A stretch of 64,000 bases of DNA from an uncultured Pseudomonadota bacterium (GCA_963770835.1 CAVYRH010000004.1:672001-736000), one strand, 5' to 3'; counted from the stretch's first letter, positions 28,256 through 38,469 are shown. A program made the numbers and translations. The notes: generated by a model from the sequence alone, not told the origin.

Positions 28256-30924
28256 GCCTAGATCTTTTAAAGAGTCAACTCGACATTAAAACGGCCTTCC
28301 AGAAATACGATAAAGAGCAAAAATTGCGTCTTTACAAGCTGGCCTGTTGGTTCACGGCCTTCGGAATGCCAGGGGGGATGTCCCTGGACATGAATATTTA
28401 TCCCGCTGACGTCCCCCACTTTTTAAAACTTCGCCTTCTTTCTTCAGTGTTGGCGCTTATTCTCCTGGGATTTTTTTATACTTCACTGGGATTGAGGTAT
28501 TACCGGATTCTTTGTTTTATCCTTCCCCTGATCCCCCAGGGTTTTATCAGCTGGATGATTTACACCACAGAAGGGTCGGTTTCACCTTATTACGCGGGTT
28601 TAAGCCTGATACTTCTGGCTTTTTGCCTGTTGTTACCCTGGAGTTTCCAAGAGACCCTTTTCTTGTCCCTTGCCACAATCGGTTTTTACCTGGCCGCCTG
28701 CTTGGCTCATGGAAACATCTCTTTCCACGGTATCTTTTTCAGCAACCTATATTTCCTGAGCATGACCGCCCTTTTCGCCACTATTGGCAGTTATTTCACC
28801 AGCCGCCTACGCGTGCGGGAATTCATCGCGCGATTTGAATTGGATCAGAATAAAAGAATGCTCGAAGAGTCAAATCGTAAATTGGTAGAACTGGACAAAA
28901 TGAAAAGCCGGTTTTTCGCCAACATCAGCCATGAACTTCGTACTCCCCTCACCCTCCTCATTGCCCCCTTGGAAACGCTCCAAAGGGAAAAAGGCCATTT
29001 GTTCGACGAGGAAACAAGAAACACTTTCAAAATCATGCAGGACAATGCTATGCGGTTATTGAAGCTCATCAACGACCTTTTGGACTTGGTGAAACTGGAG
29101 TCAGGACGCATGGAGGTGCGGAAGGAACCATTAAAGGTGAGAGAATTCATCAAGGGGCTGACCCTAGCCGTGCAAGGCGCGGCGAAGGACAAGAAAGTCT
29201 TGCTTTCCACCCACGTGGACGAAAAGTTGGAGACCATCTTGGCCGATCGGGACAAGTTGGAGAAGATCATTTTGAACCTGCTTTTTAATTCCGTGAAATT
29301 CACTCCGTCAGGGGGAAGAATAGATATTTCGGCTAAAGGGGAGAATGGGTGGTTTTTCCTTCAGGTGAAGGATACGGGTATGGGCATTTCCGAGGAAAAC
29401 CTGCCCCACATTTTCGACCGATTCTGGCAGGCGGACTCTTCCGCCCAGCGCAAATACCAGGGAACGGGTATCGGTCTTTCCTTGGTCCGGGAACTGGTCG
29501 AAGTCCAGGGCGGGACGGTGATGGTCGAAAGCCAGTTGGGGAAGGGCACGACGATGACCGTGAAAATCCCGCTGGAGAGGGTTCTAGAAGTCCCTCGGGA
29601 GAAGGTGGATTCGACCGGCTCACCGGTGGTTGAAGAACCCGCCAAGGCGCAGGTGGCCGAATGGCTGGAAAAACTCTACCGGAGGGCCGAGCTTTTCCCG
29701 GCCATGACGCCAGTGGCCGCCACGTTGCACCAAGATCAGTTTGGAAGAGGCAAAAAACCAAAGGTTCTTGTTGCGGATGACGAGCCGGACATGCTGAAGT
29801 TCTTAAAGTCCCAATTGGAGAAATACTACGAGGTTGTGGAAGCCGTCGATGGAAACCAAGCGGTTGAAAAAGCCAAACAATTTCTCCCGGACCTCGTTTT
29901 ACTCGACATGATGATGCCAGGTAAGGACGGCATCCAGGCCTGCCGGGAATTGAAGGAACAGGTTTCCACAAAATCCATACCCGTCATTCTTTTGACGGCC
30001 CGGGCCGATGAGGATACCAAGTTTTCCGCCCTCGATGCAGGGGCAAGCGATTTCTTGACAAAACCCTTTTCCACCACCGAATTGCATGTCCGGATTAAAA
30101 ACTTGATGGAGTCCCACCAATTTCAACGGGATTTGGCCCGTCAAAAAAGTGCACTAGAATCGACACTCGAGCAGTTGAAGGAAACGGAAGGACAACTGGT
30201 TCAAAACGAAAAGATGGCTTCCCTTGGGCGGCTCAGTGCGGGTATCATCCACGAAATCAACAATCCCCTGAATTATGCGGCCCAGGCCCTCTATCTGCTC
30301 AAAACTAAAAAAGACCGTATACCGGAAGAGGACCGGGCCAAATACGTTGAAATCGTTTCGGATATCGAAGAGGGAGTGGGAAGGGTCCAACGGATCGTTT
30401 CCGACCTTCGAACATTCAGCCACCCGCACATGGGCGGGGGGACGGATCTCATCGAGTTGGAAGAGGTTGTTTCCACGGCCCTGCGTCTCTTGGGGCATGA
30501 GTTGAACGACGGAATTCAATTGGAAGTGAACGTGCCGAAAGAGGAACAGGTTCAAGCGGACCGGAACAAACTGATCCATGTTCTCGTGAACCTCCTCCAA
30601 AACTCGATGGATGCACTCAAAGAAAAAAAATTCGAGGACGGGGAAAAGCCCCTTTTGTCCATCCGAAGCCAAGCGGACGAAAGCAAGGTATGGGTGAGCA
30701 TCCAGGACAACGGCACTGGCATCGACCCGGAGAACATGAACAAGATTTTCGATCCCTTCTTTACCACCAAGGACGTGGGGCAAGGAATGGGGTTGGGCTT
30801 GAGCATCTGCTACCGAATCATGAACGAGCAAGGCGGCAACATCTCGGTCAAGAGTGAAAAAGGTAAATTCACCGAATTTACCTTGGAATTGCCGGTGAAG
30901 GATCCGCCACAAAAGCGTTTTTAA
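28252..30924 (+). CDS. Membrane hybrid sensor kinase, PhcS-like (TM-HisKA-HATPase-REC-HisKA-HATPase)
   Basis: About 5-6 TM helices, SHELRTPL, G-boxes, REC (ADDE, LLDMMMP, KPF), second HEINNPL and G-boxes. Confidence 0.85.
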   Translation: MSLDLLKSQLDIKTAFQKYDKEQKLRLYKLACWFTAFGMPGGMSLDMNIYPADVPHFLKLRLLSSVLALILLGFFYTSLGLRYYRILCFILPLIPQGFISWMIYTTEGSVSPYYAGLSLILLAFCLLLPWSFQETLFLSLATIGFYLAACLAHGNISFHGIFFSNLYFLSMTALFATIGSYFTSRLRVREFIARFELDQNKRMLEESNRKLVELDKMKSRFFANISHELRTPLTLLIAPLETLQREKGHLFDEETRNTFKIMQDNAMRLLKLINDLLDLVKLESGRMEVRKEPLKVREFIKGLTLAVQGAAKDKKVLLSTHVDEKLETILADRDKLEKIILNLLFNSVKFTPSGGRIDISAKGENGWFFLQVKDTGMGISEENLPHIFDRFWQADSSAQRKYQGTGIGLSLVRELVEVQGGTVMVESQLGKGTTMTVKIPLERVLEVPREKVDSTGSPVVEEPAKAQVAEWLEKLYRRAELFPAMTPVAATLHQDQFGRGKKPKVLVADDEPDMLKFLKSQLEKYYEVVEAVDGNQAVEKAKQFLPDLVLLDMMMPGKDGIQACRELKEQVSTKSIPVILLTARADEDTKFSALDAGASDFLTKPFSTTELHVRIKNLMESHQFQRDLARQKSALESTLEQLKETEGQLVQNEKMASLGRLSAGIIHEINNPLNYAAQALYLLKTKKDRIPEEDRAKYVEIVSDIEEGVGRVQRIVSDLRTFSHPHMGGGTDLIELEEVVSTALRLLGHELNDGIQLEVNVPKEEQVQADRNKLIHVLVNLLQNSMDALKEKKFEDGEKPLLSIRSQADESKVWVSIQDNGTGIDPENMNKIFDPFFTTKDVGQGMGLGLSICYRIMNEQGGNISVKSEKGKFTEFTLELPVKDPPQKRF

Positions 30925-30934
30925 GGAGACTGTC

Positions 30935-32197
30935 ATGGAATCTTTTTATGACTATAAAAAGTTTTATATCCTTTACGTGGATGACGAGGAAAAATCCCTT
31001 AAGTATTTCCGGGAGACCTTCGGGGAAAAATTCGCTATTTTAACGGCTTCCAACGCGGAGGAAGGGTTCCGGATTTTAAAGGAACATCAAGACAGGACTG
31101 CCGTTTTGCTCACAGACCAGCGCATGCCAGGAGAGAAGGGAATCCAACTCTTAGAAAAGGCAAGGCAATTGAAACCCCGGATCCTCAGGATTTTGGTAAC
31201 CGCTTATTCGGACCTGGACACCGCCATCGACTCCGTCAATACGGGTGCCATTTACAAATACGTGACCAAACCTTGGGACGTGCCCCAGTTGGAAGTTACC
31301 TTAAAAAGGGCCGTGGAGTTTTTTATTGTTCAATCCGAGAGGGACCATCTGCTGATGGAAAAAATGTCCGTTCTTTATAATGTCATGCTAACCGACCGTA
31401 TCTTGAGCTTGGGAATCTTGGCAATGGGCCTAAGCCACCATATCCGTAATTCCATGGTAGCGGTCAAAACTTTCCTCGACTTGACGCCTAAAAAAATGGA
31501 AGAAGAAAATCTTAATTTGGAGCAGCTCCGGAATCCTGATTTCTGGAAGGATTACTACCAAAAGGTTCAGGCCCAGATGGATAAGGTAGTTAACCTCTTG
31601 AGCGATTTATGGGGATCCTCAGAAAAACCTATGGTTGATCTTTCCGATAAGGTCCAATTGCGTCAAGTCGTTGAGGAAGCTCTCGGACAAGTGAGAGAGG
31701 ATTTGGAAAAAAAGGGAATTACCGCGGAAAATCTCATACCAGCGGCCCTTCCCGAATTAAAGGTCGAGCGAAAGAAATTCCAACGTTTATTCGAGATGTT
31801 GTTAAGGGATGAAGCGGCCACTCTTTCCAAGGGCGGAAAATTGAAGTTTACTGCGGCCACCATTGGGCCCAAGGAAGGGCCTGCCGAAATCCAAGTGGAA
31901 TTGGAGGACAATGGGCCTGAATTGCAACAAGACGCCTTGCGAGCCCTTTTTGACCCGTTTTTTACGCGGAGCGGAAGCCCTCAGGAATTCGGTATTTATT
32001 TGATGACTTGTTTTTTCATCGTTTATCACCATGGGGGCCGAATCTCCGCCAAAAGTCTAGGAGGCCGAGGCAACGTTTTCACCCTCACTTTTCCTTTGAA
32101 TCCCCAGATCAAGACCTCGTTGGCCGAAGAAAAAGATTTTATGAGTAAAATATTGATCAACGAATCCTTGTGGGAAAAATTGCTGGCCGGAAGCTAA
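30935..32197 (+). CDS. Receiver plus degenerate kinase-like domain protein (PhcR/PhcQ-like)
   Basis: YVDDEE, TDQRMPG, TKPW; C-terminal SHHIRNS and DPFFT with a degenerate N-box. Confidence 0.78.
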   Translation: MESFYDYKKFYILYVDDEEKSLKYFRETFGEKFAILTASNAEEGFRILKEHQDRTAVLLTDQRMPGEKGIQLLEKARQLKPRILRILVTAYSDLDTAIDSVNTGAIYKYVTKPWDVPQLEVTLKRAVEFFIVQSERDHLLMEKMSVLYNVMLTDRILSLGILAMGLSHHIRNSMVAVKTFLDLTPKKMEEENLNLEQLRNPDFWKDYYQKVQAQMDKVVNLLSDLWGSSEKPMVDLSDKVQLRQVVEEALGQVREDLEKKGITAENLIPAALPELKVERKKFQRLFEMLLRDEAATLSKGGKLKFTAATIGPKEGPAEIQVELEDNGPELQQDALRALFDPFFTRSGSPQEFGIYLMTCFFIVYHHGGRISAKSLGGRGNVFTLTFPLNPQIKTSLAEEKDFMSKILINESLWEKLLAGS

Positions 32198-32334
32198 GGA
32201 TGCTTTGATGTTCCTAGCAGCAGGTCGCGAAACAAACCGTTCGACGGCCTCCTCCATCTTCGCCACTATTTTCCCGTTTAACCAAATCGATATTCCGGCA
32301 ATCTTTCGCCTCCAATGGGAATTTTGGTGCGATC

Positions 32335-33468
32335 ATGAATAGGATCAAAATACTTCAAAGCCTTTACCAGCTGTTTCCGGATAAGGCCCAGGACGATTTT
32401 AATTTTTCCTCCGTTGAAAAATTCCTTCAACAAAGTTTTGGTTTGCGAAAGGCATTGTTCCTCTTTCGAGAAACGGACGGCTTAAAAACGCCGGATGGCA
32501 AGAATCCTTTCAAGCCACTAGTGCAAAAAGAAATCTTGAAGCATTTCAAACGGGCTCCCATTCCGTGGGTTTGCCCACGCACGACACATTTCCCATGGCT
32601 TGGTTTCTGGCCAGTGAAGACGGGAGGGAAGTGGATTGGTTGTTACGCTTTGGGAGAAAAGCTCAATGAGAACGGTTTGAGCGAGGAGGATGCACAATTA
32701 ATGGAGCTTTTGGCAGACCGGACAGGGTTATACCTGGAGGCGAATCGCCTTTGGGGATTCTTGGAAAGGGTTGACCGTCAATCCACGCTTGGTTTTCTGT
32801 CCGCCGCGATGATCCACGAAATCCGAAATCCCCTTACGGCTTTAAGCGCGCTTGCTCAGTTGTTGCCTCGCAAGAAAACCGATAGTGTTTTCTTGGAATC
32901 CTTTGAAAGGTTGATGCTGCGGGAAACAGCGCGGTTGACCGACTTAACGGAAAATTTTTTGGGATTTTTAAAACCCACCGGAAAAGATGCTGTCCGAATC
33001 GACTTTACAGGGATGGTGGGACAAACAACGGATCTTTTGAGGCCCCTCTTCGTCATGAAGCGGGTTCGGTTGAAGGTGAATAATTCGGCGGGACTTTATT
33101 TAATGGGCGATGTGAATCAAATCAAAAGCTTGATTTTGAATTTGTCCCAAAATGCTTTTGAGTCCGCAGGTTCACGGGGAACCGTGGATATTTCAACAAC
33201 TTGGATGCCCCATTCGGTCCGCGGGTCCGGGCCATGGGTTGAATTTAAAGTAAAAAACAGCGGAACCGGCATTTTGAAGGAAGACTTGGATAAAGTTTTT
33301 ACCCCTTACTTTTCAACAAAGGAGAGAGGGACGGGATTGGGGTTGGCCATCTGTCAAAAAATTGTGGACAATCACCAGGGTGTCATTAAGCCATCCTCCT
33401 CAAACCGAAGCACGGTATTTCAAGTGTTTCTTCCCGCCCTTTCCAAAAACATGGGAAAAAGCCTTTAG
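32335..33468 (+). CDS. Cytoplasmic sensor histidine kinase
   Basis: IHEIRNPL, NLSQNA, PYFSTKERGTGLGL. Confidence 0.85.
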   Translation: MNRIKILQSLYQLFPDKAQDDFNFSSVEKFLQQSFGLRKALFLFRETDGLKTPDGKNPFKPLVQKEILKHFKRAPIPWVCPRTTHFPWLGFWPVKTGGKWIGCYALGEKLNENGLSEEDAQLMELLADRTGLYLEANRLWGFLERVDRQSTLGFLSAAMIHEIRNPLTALSALAQLLPRKKTDSVFLESFERLMLRETARLTDLTENFLGFLKPTGKDAVRIDFTGMVGQTTDLLRPLFVMKRVRLKVNNSAGLYLMGDVNQIKSLILNLSQNAFESAGSRGTVDISTTWMPHSVRGSGPWVEFKVKNSGTGILKEDLDKVFTPYFSTKERGTGLGLAICQKIVDNHQGVIKPSSSNRSTVFQVFLPALSKNMGKSL

Positions 33469-33559
33469 AATCAATACTAAATTCAATTAGAATTTTTCGT
33501 ACGATTCCTGGTTTTTTGGTATTTTATTAGTGTCCAAGTCGTTAACTTTGGAAGGTTAT

Positions 33560-34144
33560 ATGCCATTTAAAACCGGTTCAATCCTCATCATGGAGGACGA
33601 CGTTCCTTTTCGCGACCACTTAAAAGGTATTTGCGCTGGAATTGGCAAACCATGGGTCGTCGGAAAAACCGAGGATGCCTTGGCCCTGCTCCTCCAGCAG
33701 CCTTTTCAACTTTTACTTTTGAACTGGAATTTGATCCAATTGGATCCTTCCGCTTTTGAAATGGCCATCAACAATTTCCAATCAGGCGCCAACCGAATGG
33801 CTTTGTTTAAGTTTCCCAAATTAGTCCCGGTTATTGCGGCTATGAAATCCGGAATGAGTGATGTCCTTTGGCCGGGTCAGGATACGGAGGCTTTAAAAGA
33901 GAAAATTATGGATTCCCTTAATCAAACAAAACCGGCATTGATTACACATTCATTTGTTTCCCAGTTGGCGGAATCCGTAACCGATAAGGCCATCGAGGAA
34001 AAAATTTCCTTTTTCAAAGCCCGGAAAGAATTTTCTAAAACTTTTCTTTATCAAATCATCGGCCGTCGAAAAATGCGCCGTTCACAATTAGCCGGCCTGA
34101 TGGGCGTCAGTACCCGCACCTTGCACCGCTATTTGTCGGCCTAA
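33560..34144 (+). CDS. Atypical response regulator (pseudo-receiver plus Fis-like HTH)
   Basis: ILIMEDD; expected phospho-Asp position reads LLLLNW; C-terminal LMGVSTRTLHRYL. Confidence 0.7.
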   Translation: MPFKTGSILIMEDDVPFRDHLKGICAGIGKPWVVGKTEDALALLLQQPFQLLLLNWNLIQLDPSAFEMAINNFQSGANRMALFKFPKLVPVIAAMKSGMSDVLWPGQDTEALKEKIMDSLNQTKPALITHSFVSQLAESVTDKAIEEKISFFKARKEFSKTFLYQIIGRRKMRRSQLAGLMGVSTRTLHRYLSA

Positions 34145-34333
34145 AACAAAAATAATAGTTCGTAAAAAATCACTCCAGCCTTCCGTCCCCGTTAAAAAAT
34201 TTCCTTTTGGGACTTCAAATATTGCTAAATGGTTGGTCTTGAAGAGCGATTGCCTTAATGTTGCCCATTGTTGGCTGGAAGTCATGGATGGGTTACCGGG
34301 TGAAAAAGGTTTGTGGGAAGAAATTTAAAATTT

Positions 34334-35182
34334 TCAACGCAGCAGCCATACGACCACCGAAGCCGCCAGACAGTAAATGCCAAACCAACCCCAACGACCG
34401 CGCGACAACCAGTCGGAAAGCCAGCGAAGCGCCAAGAGGCCAGCCAGAAAACTAAAAAACATTCCCAAGATCCCCGGCAGGAAGAGACTAGCCGTCTCTC
34501 CGAAGGAAAGGCTGAAAAAAGGGTGGGCTTTGAGAAACCGTAGAATTTCCACGCCGAGCGCGAAGGGCGTCAAGGACACGGCTAGGGCGAAACTGAATTC
34601 TTCCGATTTTACTTTTTCCAGTCCCAAGAGAAGACCGGTGGAAATCGTGGCGCCGGAACGGGAAAAGCCCCGGAAGGGAAGGCAAAGCCCCTGAATAAGG
34701 CCGATCAGAATCGATTCCAAAGGGGCTAGGCCCTTCTTCCCATCTGCATTTTTTTCACGGGTGGAGGCGAATAGGATTAAGAGGCCAACCACACCCAAGG
34801 AAAGCGAAATCAAACGCAAGTTTCCGAAGAGAGATTCCACTTCGGCTTTGGGGCCTCCCCTAAGGACGACTTTTTCTATTAAAAGTTTCAAAACGTAGCC
34901 TAGAACAAGCGTCACGACCGTGGCCAAGGCTACCTGGGTCAAGAAAGCCCGGCCTTTGGAAGCCGATTGGAAATAATGCGCAGTCCAACCATTCCAAAAA
35001 TAAAAAATCACCGCCAGCATGGTGCCCGTGTGAAGCATGACGAGCAAGAGGGTCATTTCCGGCAGGGTGGGGTCCAGGCCCATGAGTTTTTCAGCTAGGA
35101 TGACATGGGCGGAACTGGAAATAGGCAGGAGTTCGGCAAAGCCTTGAACGAGAGCCAAAACAACGATTTGCAGAAAGTTCAT
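34334..35182 (-). CDS. uppP: Undecaprenyl-diphosphate phosphatase
   Basis: QGFAELLPISSSAH, GFSRSGATI, EFSF. Confidence 0.88.
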   Translation of the reverse strand: MNFLQIVVLALVQGFAELLPISSSAHVILAEKLMGLDPTLPEMTLLLVMLHTGTMLAVIFYFWNGWTAHYFQSASKGRAFLTQVALATVVTLVLGYVLKLLIEKVVLRGGPKAEVESLFGNLRLISLSLGVVGLLILFASTREKNADGKKGLAPLESILIGLIQGLCLPFRGFSRSGATISTGLLLGLEKVKSEEFSFALAVSLTPFALGVEILRFLKAHPFFSLSFGETASLFLPGILGMFFSFLAGLLALRWLSDWLSRGRWGWFGIYCLAASVVVWLLR

Positions 35183-35266
35183 AAGCAATCCTTTGGAAGG
35201 CCAGAGTAATTTTCGAGGATAAGATAAACCAATGATCCGGGAAAGATCAAAAAAAATTCGGGTGAA

Positions 35267-35599
35267 TTATTTGTTGTTTTTCTTGCTCGTGGATTTCAGG
35301 TAGGCCAGGATGAAATCGCATGTGGCTTCGTCAATTTTGCCCTTTTCCCCCATTCTCGGGACGATTTTTTCCCATACCTGTGGTGTTCTTTCGGAGGGGA
35401 GGTGTAACTGGTGACAACTGGCGCAATGAGCGGCGTAAAGATGACGCCCCGTCTGCAAGTCCATCAAGGTGAGGCCGGGTTGATCGGCTTGAATCCTCGA
35501 TAAACTCTCATTGGTGGGGCTAGGCAAAAAAGGCACGCAAGCCAAAGGGAGGGCAAGGATTAAGAACCCTGCCAAGATCGCCTTCCCAAAGAGGTTCAT
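35267..35599 (-). CDS. Monoheme cytochrome c lipoprotein
   Basis: Lipobox LPLAC, CASCH, distal Met in VPRM. Confidence 0.8.
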   Translation of the reverse strand: MNLFGKAILAGFLILALPLACVPFLPSPTNESLSRIQADQPGLTLMDLQTGRHLYAAHCASCHQLHLPSERTPQVWEKIVPRMGEKGKIDEATCDFILAYLKSTSKKNNK

Positions 35600-35621
35600 C
35601 GAATTTCCTTTTTTAGTTTTC

Positions 35622-36395
35622 TTAAAGGTCGAAGGAAGTGGCAATGGCGATTTGGTCCCTCTGACTATCCGTAAAATCCAAAGTTGAGCTTCCGAAATTC
35701 GTCAATTGAGGCAGGAAACAAAGCTCAACCCACCAGTTCTTGCCGGAGTATTGGATGCAGGGACCGGCTGAAAAAACGGACCGCATAGGATGGTCATCGT
35801 AAAAATTCTCATCCATGGCCTCAAACCCAACGAAAACCGAGTCAGAAAGAAACAATCCCGCGCCAAGGGAAGGGCGCAAAAGGAGGGATTGGTTAGTGTC
35901 CGTGTAATCAAAGGCTGGAGCGGCCAACAGGTTAAAAGTCCAAAGCCAGGAACCCATGTTTTTATCTACAATCACCTTAGTTTCCAGTTCGAAATCATCC
36001 GGTTCAAATTCCGGCTCCAGGTATAAACCCAGGCCAAAGGTGTCGGCCGAGCTGTCCATCAACTTGAATTTCCATTCGTTGGAAATCCCGTCCAAAACGG
36101 GCCCAACTAATTGGGGACCGTTCCCTGGGTCTGCGAATTGCTGGGTGAAATTAAGGTAAAGCGAGGTTTGGACGCCCAGATCTAAACCGGTTTCAAATTC
36201 GATGCTTTGATTCATGGCAGAGTAAAAGCTGTTGCGGCCAAAAAGGTACCAGGTATAAGTCTCCAAGTCCCGTTCTCCCGGCCCGAGGTTATTCGACTCG
36301 TAGTTAAAAATGAAATGCCGGTCGGCCGCGGGGGACAGCCCGGGAAGGGTCAGCAAAATAAGTCCTAATATGAATTTCCAGTAACATTTTTTCAT
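35622..36395 (-). CDS. Secreted putative outer-membrane beta-barrel protein
   Basis: Signal peptide, amphipathic beta strands, aromatic C-terminus (SFDL). Confidence 0.6.
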   Translation of the reverse strand: MKKCYWKFILGLILLTLPGLSPAADRHFIFNYESNNLGPGERDLETYTWYLFGRNSFYSAMNQSIEFETGLDLGVQTSLYLNFTQQFADPGNGPQLVGPVLDGISNEWKFKLMDSSADTFGLGLYLEPEFEPDDFELETKVIVDKNMGSWLWTFNLLAAPAFDYTDTNQSLLLRPSLGAGLFLSDSVFVGFEAMDENFYDDHPMRSVFSAGPCIQYSGKNWWVELCFLPQLTNFGSSTLDFTDSQRDQIAIATSFDL

Positions 36396-36449
36396 CCGGT
36401 TCTCCCTGTTTTAAACGACCCAGCCAATAAAAAATGGCCGAGTCATTAA

Positions 36450-36481
36450 TGATAACAAATTTCAATTGAAAGTAATTATCA
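36450..36481. promoter_or_regulatory. Tandem Fur-family 7-1-7 boxes
   Basis: TGATAAC-A-AATTTCA and TGAAAGT-A-ATTATCA against consensus TGATAAT-N-ATTATCA. Confidence 0.5.
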
Positions 36482-36517
36482 ATAACAAAAATTAATTGTC
36501 AAGCGAGAAAAAGAAAC

Positions 36518-37537
36518 TCAGTAAAAGGCGCCCGCGGATTTGCGCCAAAGGTCCAGGACTTTCATGTTGCCAAGGCTGTCGGCCCAACCCATCGCAGGAC
36601 ATTCCTCCCAACCTTTGCGGATGGAAAGGGCCACGGCATCCGCTTCCGCGGTATATAAATTGCGGTCGCAATGAATTGAAATTTTTCGTTGTTTCTTTTC
36701 GTCTTTTTTTTGTAGTAATAAATAAGACGTGCCGGCGTTCCATGTTGCGAACCATGGGGAGGGGATGGTGAGGCTGCCCTTGGAGCCATCGATTTTTACC
36801 ATGGAGGGGCCCCGGTCAACGCGAGTGCAGCAGGAAAGCTCGGCCAGGATATCCCCGGGAAACTTGAGGGAAGCCAAGGCCATTTCGTCCACCCTGCTTT
36901 TTGTTCCCATCACGGCTATGCCCTTGACCTCGAGGGGCTCCACAAAGGATTTCTTTAGAGCCGCGCCCGCCAGAAGCCGGGCCATGGAAACCGGATAACA
37001 GCCGATGTCCAGAATGCCCCCGCCACCCAGTTTGCGGTTGAAGAGACGATGTTTCGGGTCTAACGGTTTATCAAAGCAAAAGGCCGCTTGGATCAGGCGG
37101 ACCTCGCCGATGGCTTTTTGGCGGATCAATTCAACCACTTTTGCGGTTTGGGGATGACAACGGTACATGAAGGCTTCCATAAGGAAAACCCCGCTTACTC
37201 GGGCCGCTTGTATCACCTTTACGGTATCCGGATAGTTCATGGTAAGGGGTTTTTCACAGAGGATGTGCTTACCAGCCTTGGCCGCCTGAATGACCCATCG
37301 GGCGTGAAGGGGATGGGGAGTTGCAATATAAACGGCTTCTACGAAAGGGTCCTTTAATAGTTCCTGGTAACTTCCATAGGCTTGGGGAATGCGATATTTT
37401 TTGGAAAACTCCCGCGCCGAAACCAAGGAACGGCTTCCGACGGCAGTTAGTCGCCCGCTTTTAGAAGAGAGCACCCCTTCGGCGAAAATACCGGCGATAT
37501 GGCCAGTAGATAAAATGCCCCAACGAATGGGTTTCAT
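36518..37537 (-). CDS. Gfo/Idh/MocA family oxidoreductase
   Basis: WGILSTGHIA, YIATPHPLH, CEKP, GGGILDIGCY. Confidence 0.9.
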   Translation of the reverse strand: MKPIRWGILSTGHIAGIFAEGVLSSKSGRLTAVGSRSLVSAREFSKKYRIPQAYGSYQELLKDPFVEAVYIATPHPLHARWVIQAAKAGKHILCEKPLTMNYPDTVKVIQAARVSGVFLMEAFMYRCHPQTAKVVELIRQKAIGEVRLIQAAFCFDKPLDPKHRLFNRKLGGGGILDIGCYPVSMARLLAGAALKKSFVEPLEVKGIAVMGTKSRVDEMALASLKFPGDILAELSCCTRVDRGPSMVKIDGSKGSLTIPSPWFATWNAGTSYLLLQKKDEKKQRKISIHCDRNLYTAEADAVALSIRKGWEECPAMGWADSLGNMKVLDLWRKSAGAFY

Positions 37538-37551
37538 GATAATTCCTTAAC

Positions 37552-38469
37552 TTAAGTTTTCTTTTCATCCGGAGGACGTGTTTTCCACCGTTGGTGCATC
37601 CATACCCATTGGTCTGGATAAGCACGCACATATTGTTCAATAACTTGGGTGATCCGGCAGATGGATTCCACTACGTCTTTTTCTTTGTCTCCGCTCCGTG
37701 GAACCTCGACTTCCTTTTCGGCATGTAATTCAAAGCGGCCGTCTGCACCCCGGACCACGAAGGCAGGCACTAGCGCCGCGCCCGTTTTTTGGGCGATCCG
37801 GGCCACACCCGATTGGGTCCAAGCCGGCTTGTCAAAAAAAGGTACAAAGATTCCGTCCTGGCCGGTGTCCTGGTCGCAGAGGGCCAGAATCACTTGTTGG
37901 TCCTTCAAGGCTTCCAGGATTCCCCTCAAGGCCATGCCACGTTTGATCATGGCGGCAGCCCCCAATTTTTCAACGCGAAAACGGTTGATCAACTCGTCGA
38001 ACCGGGGGTCGTAAAGTTGCTGGGCTACGGCAGAAGCCTTGTGTCGGGTGCCGAGGTACCCTCCCAATAGTTCCCAGTTTCCAAGATGGGCGGTGACGAG
38101 GAAGGCGCCTTTGCCCCGTTGAAGGGCTTTTTCAAGGTTCTCCCAACCTTCCACCCGGGCAATCTGGGAAACGATTTTTTCCAAATCCCAACCTGTCCAA
38201 TGCACGACCTCGAAAAGGTTCTGACCCAAGTTTCTCCAAGAAGCCTGGGCCAAATTGATCGCTTCTTTATCCCCCCAGTCCGGGTAGGCCGTGTGGAGGC
38301 TTTCTAAGGTCTTGCGGCGTTCCCCGCCCGCCAGGTTGAAAACCAAGCCACCAAAACCCCGGCCCAGACAGGAAACCCAGGAATAGGGAAGCCACGCGAG
38401 CAGGACCATCAGCACCCGGGCGGAGCAATAAATGAGGTTGTTTTTAAATTTTTGGAGGGGCCGAGCCAT
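37552..38469 (-). CDS. Lipid A late acyltransferase (LpxL/HtrB family)
   Basis: AHLGNWE, DQD, VPFF, PDQWVWMHQRWK. Confidence 0.88.
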   Translation of the reverse strand: MARPLQKFKNNLIYCSARVLMVLLAWLPYSWVSCLGRGFGGLVFNLAGGERRKTLESLHTAYPDWGDKEAINLAQASWRNLGQNLFEVVHWTGWDLEKIVSQIARVEGWENLEKALQRGKGAFLVTAHLGNWELLGGYLGTRHKASAVAQQLYDPRFDELINRFRVEKLGAAAMIKRGMALRGILEALKDQQVILALCDQDTGQDGIFVPFFDKPAWTQSGVARIAQKTGAALVPAFVVRGADGRFELHAEKEVEVPRSGDKEKDVVESICRITQVIEQYVRAYPDQWVWMHQRWKTRPPDEKKT

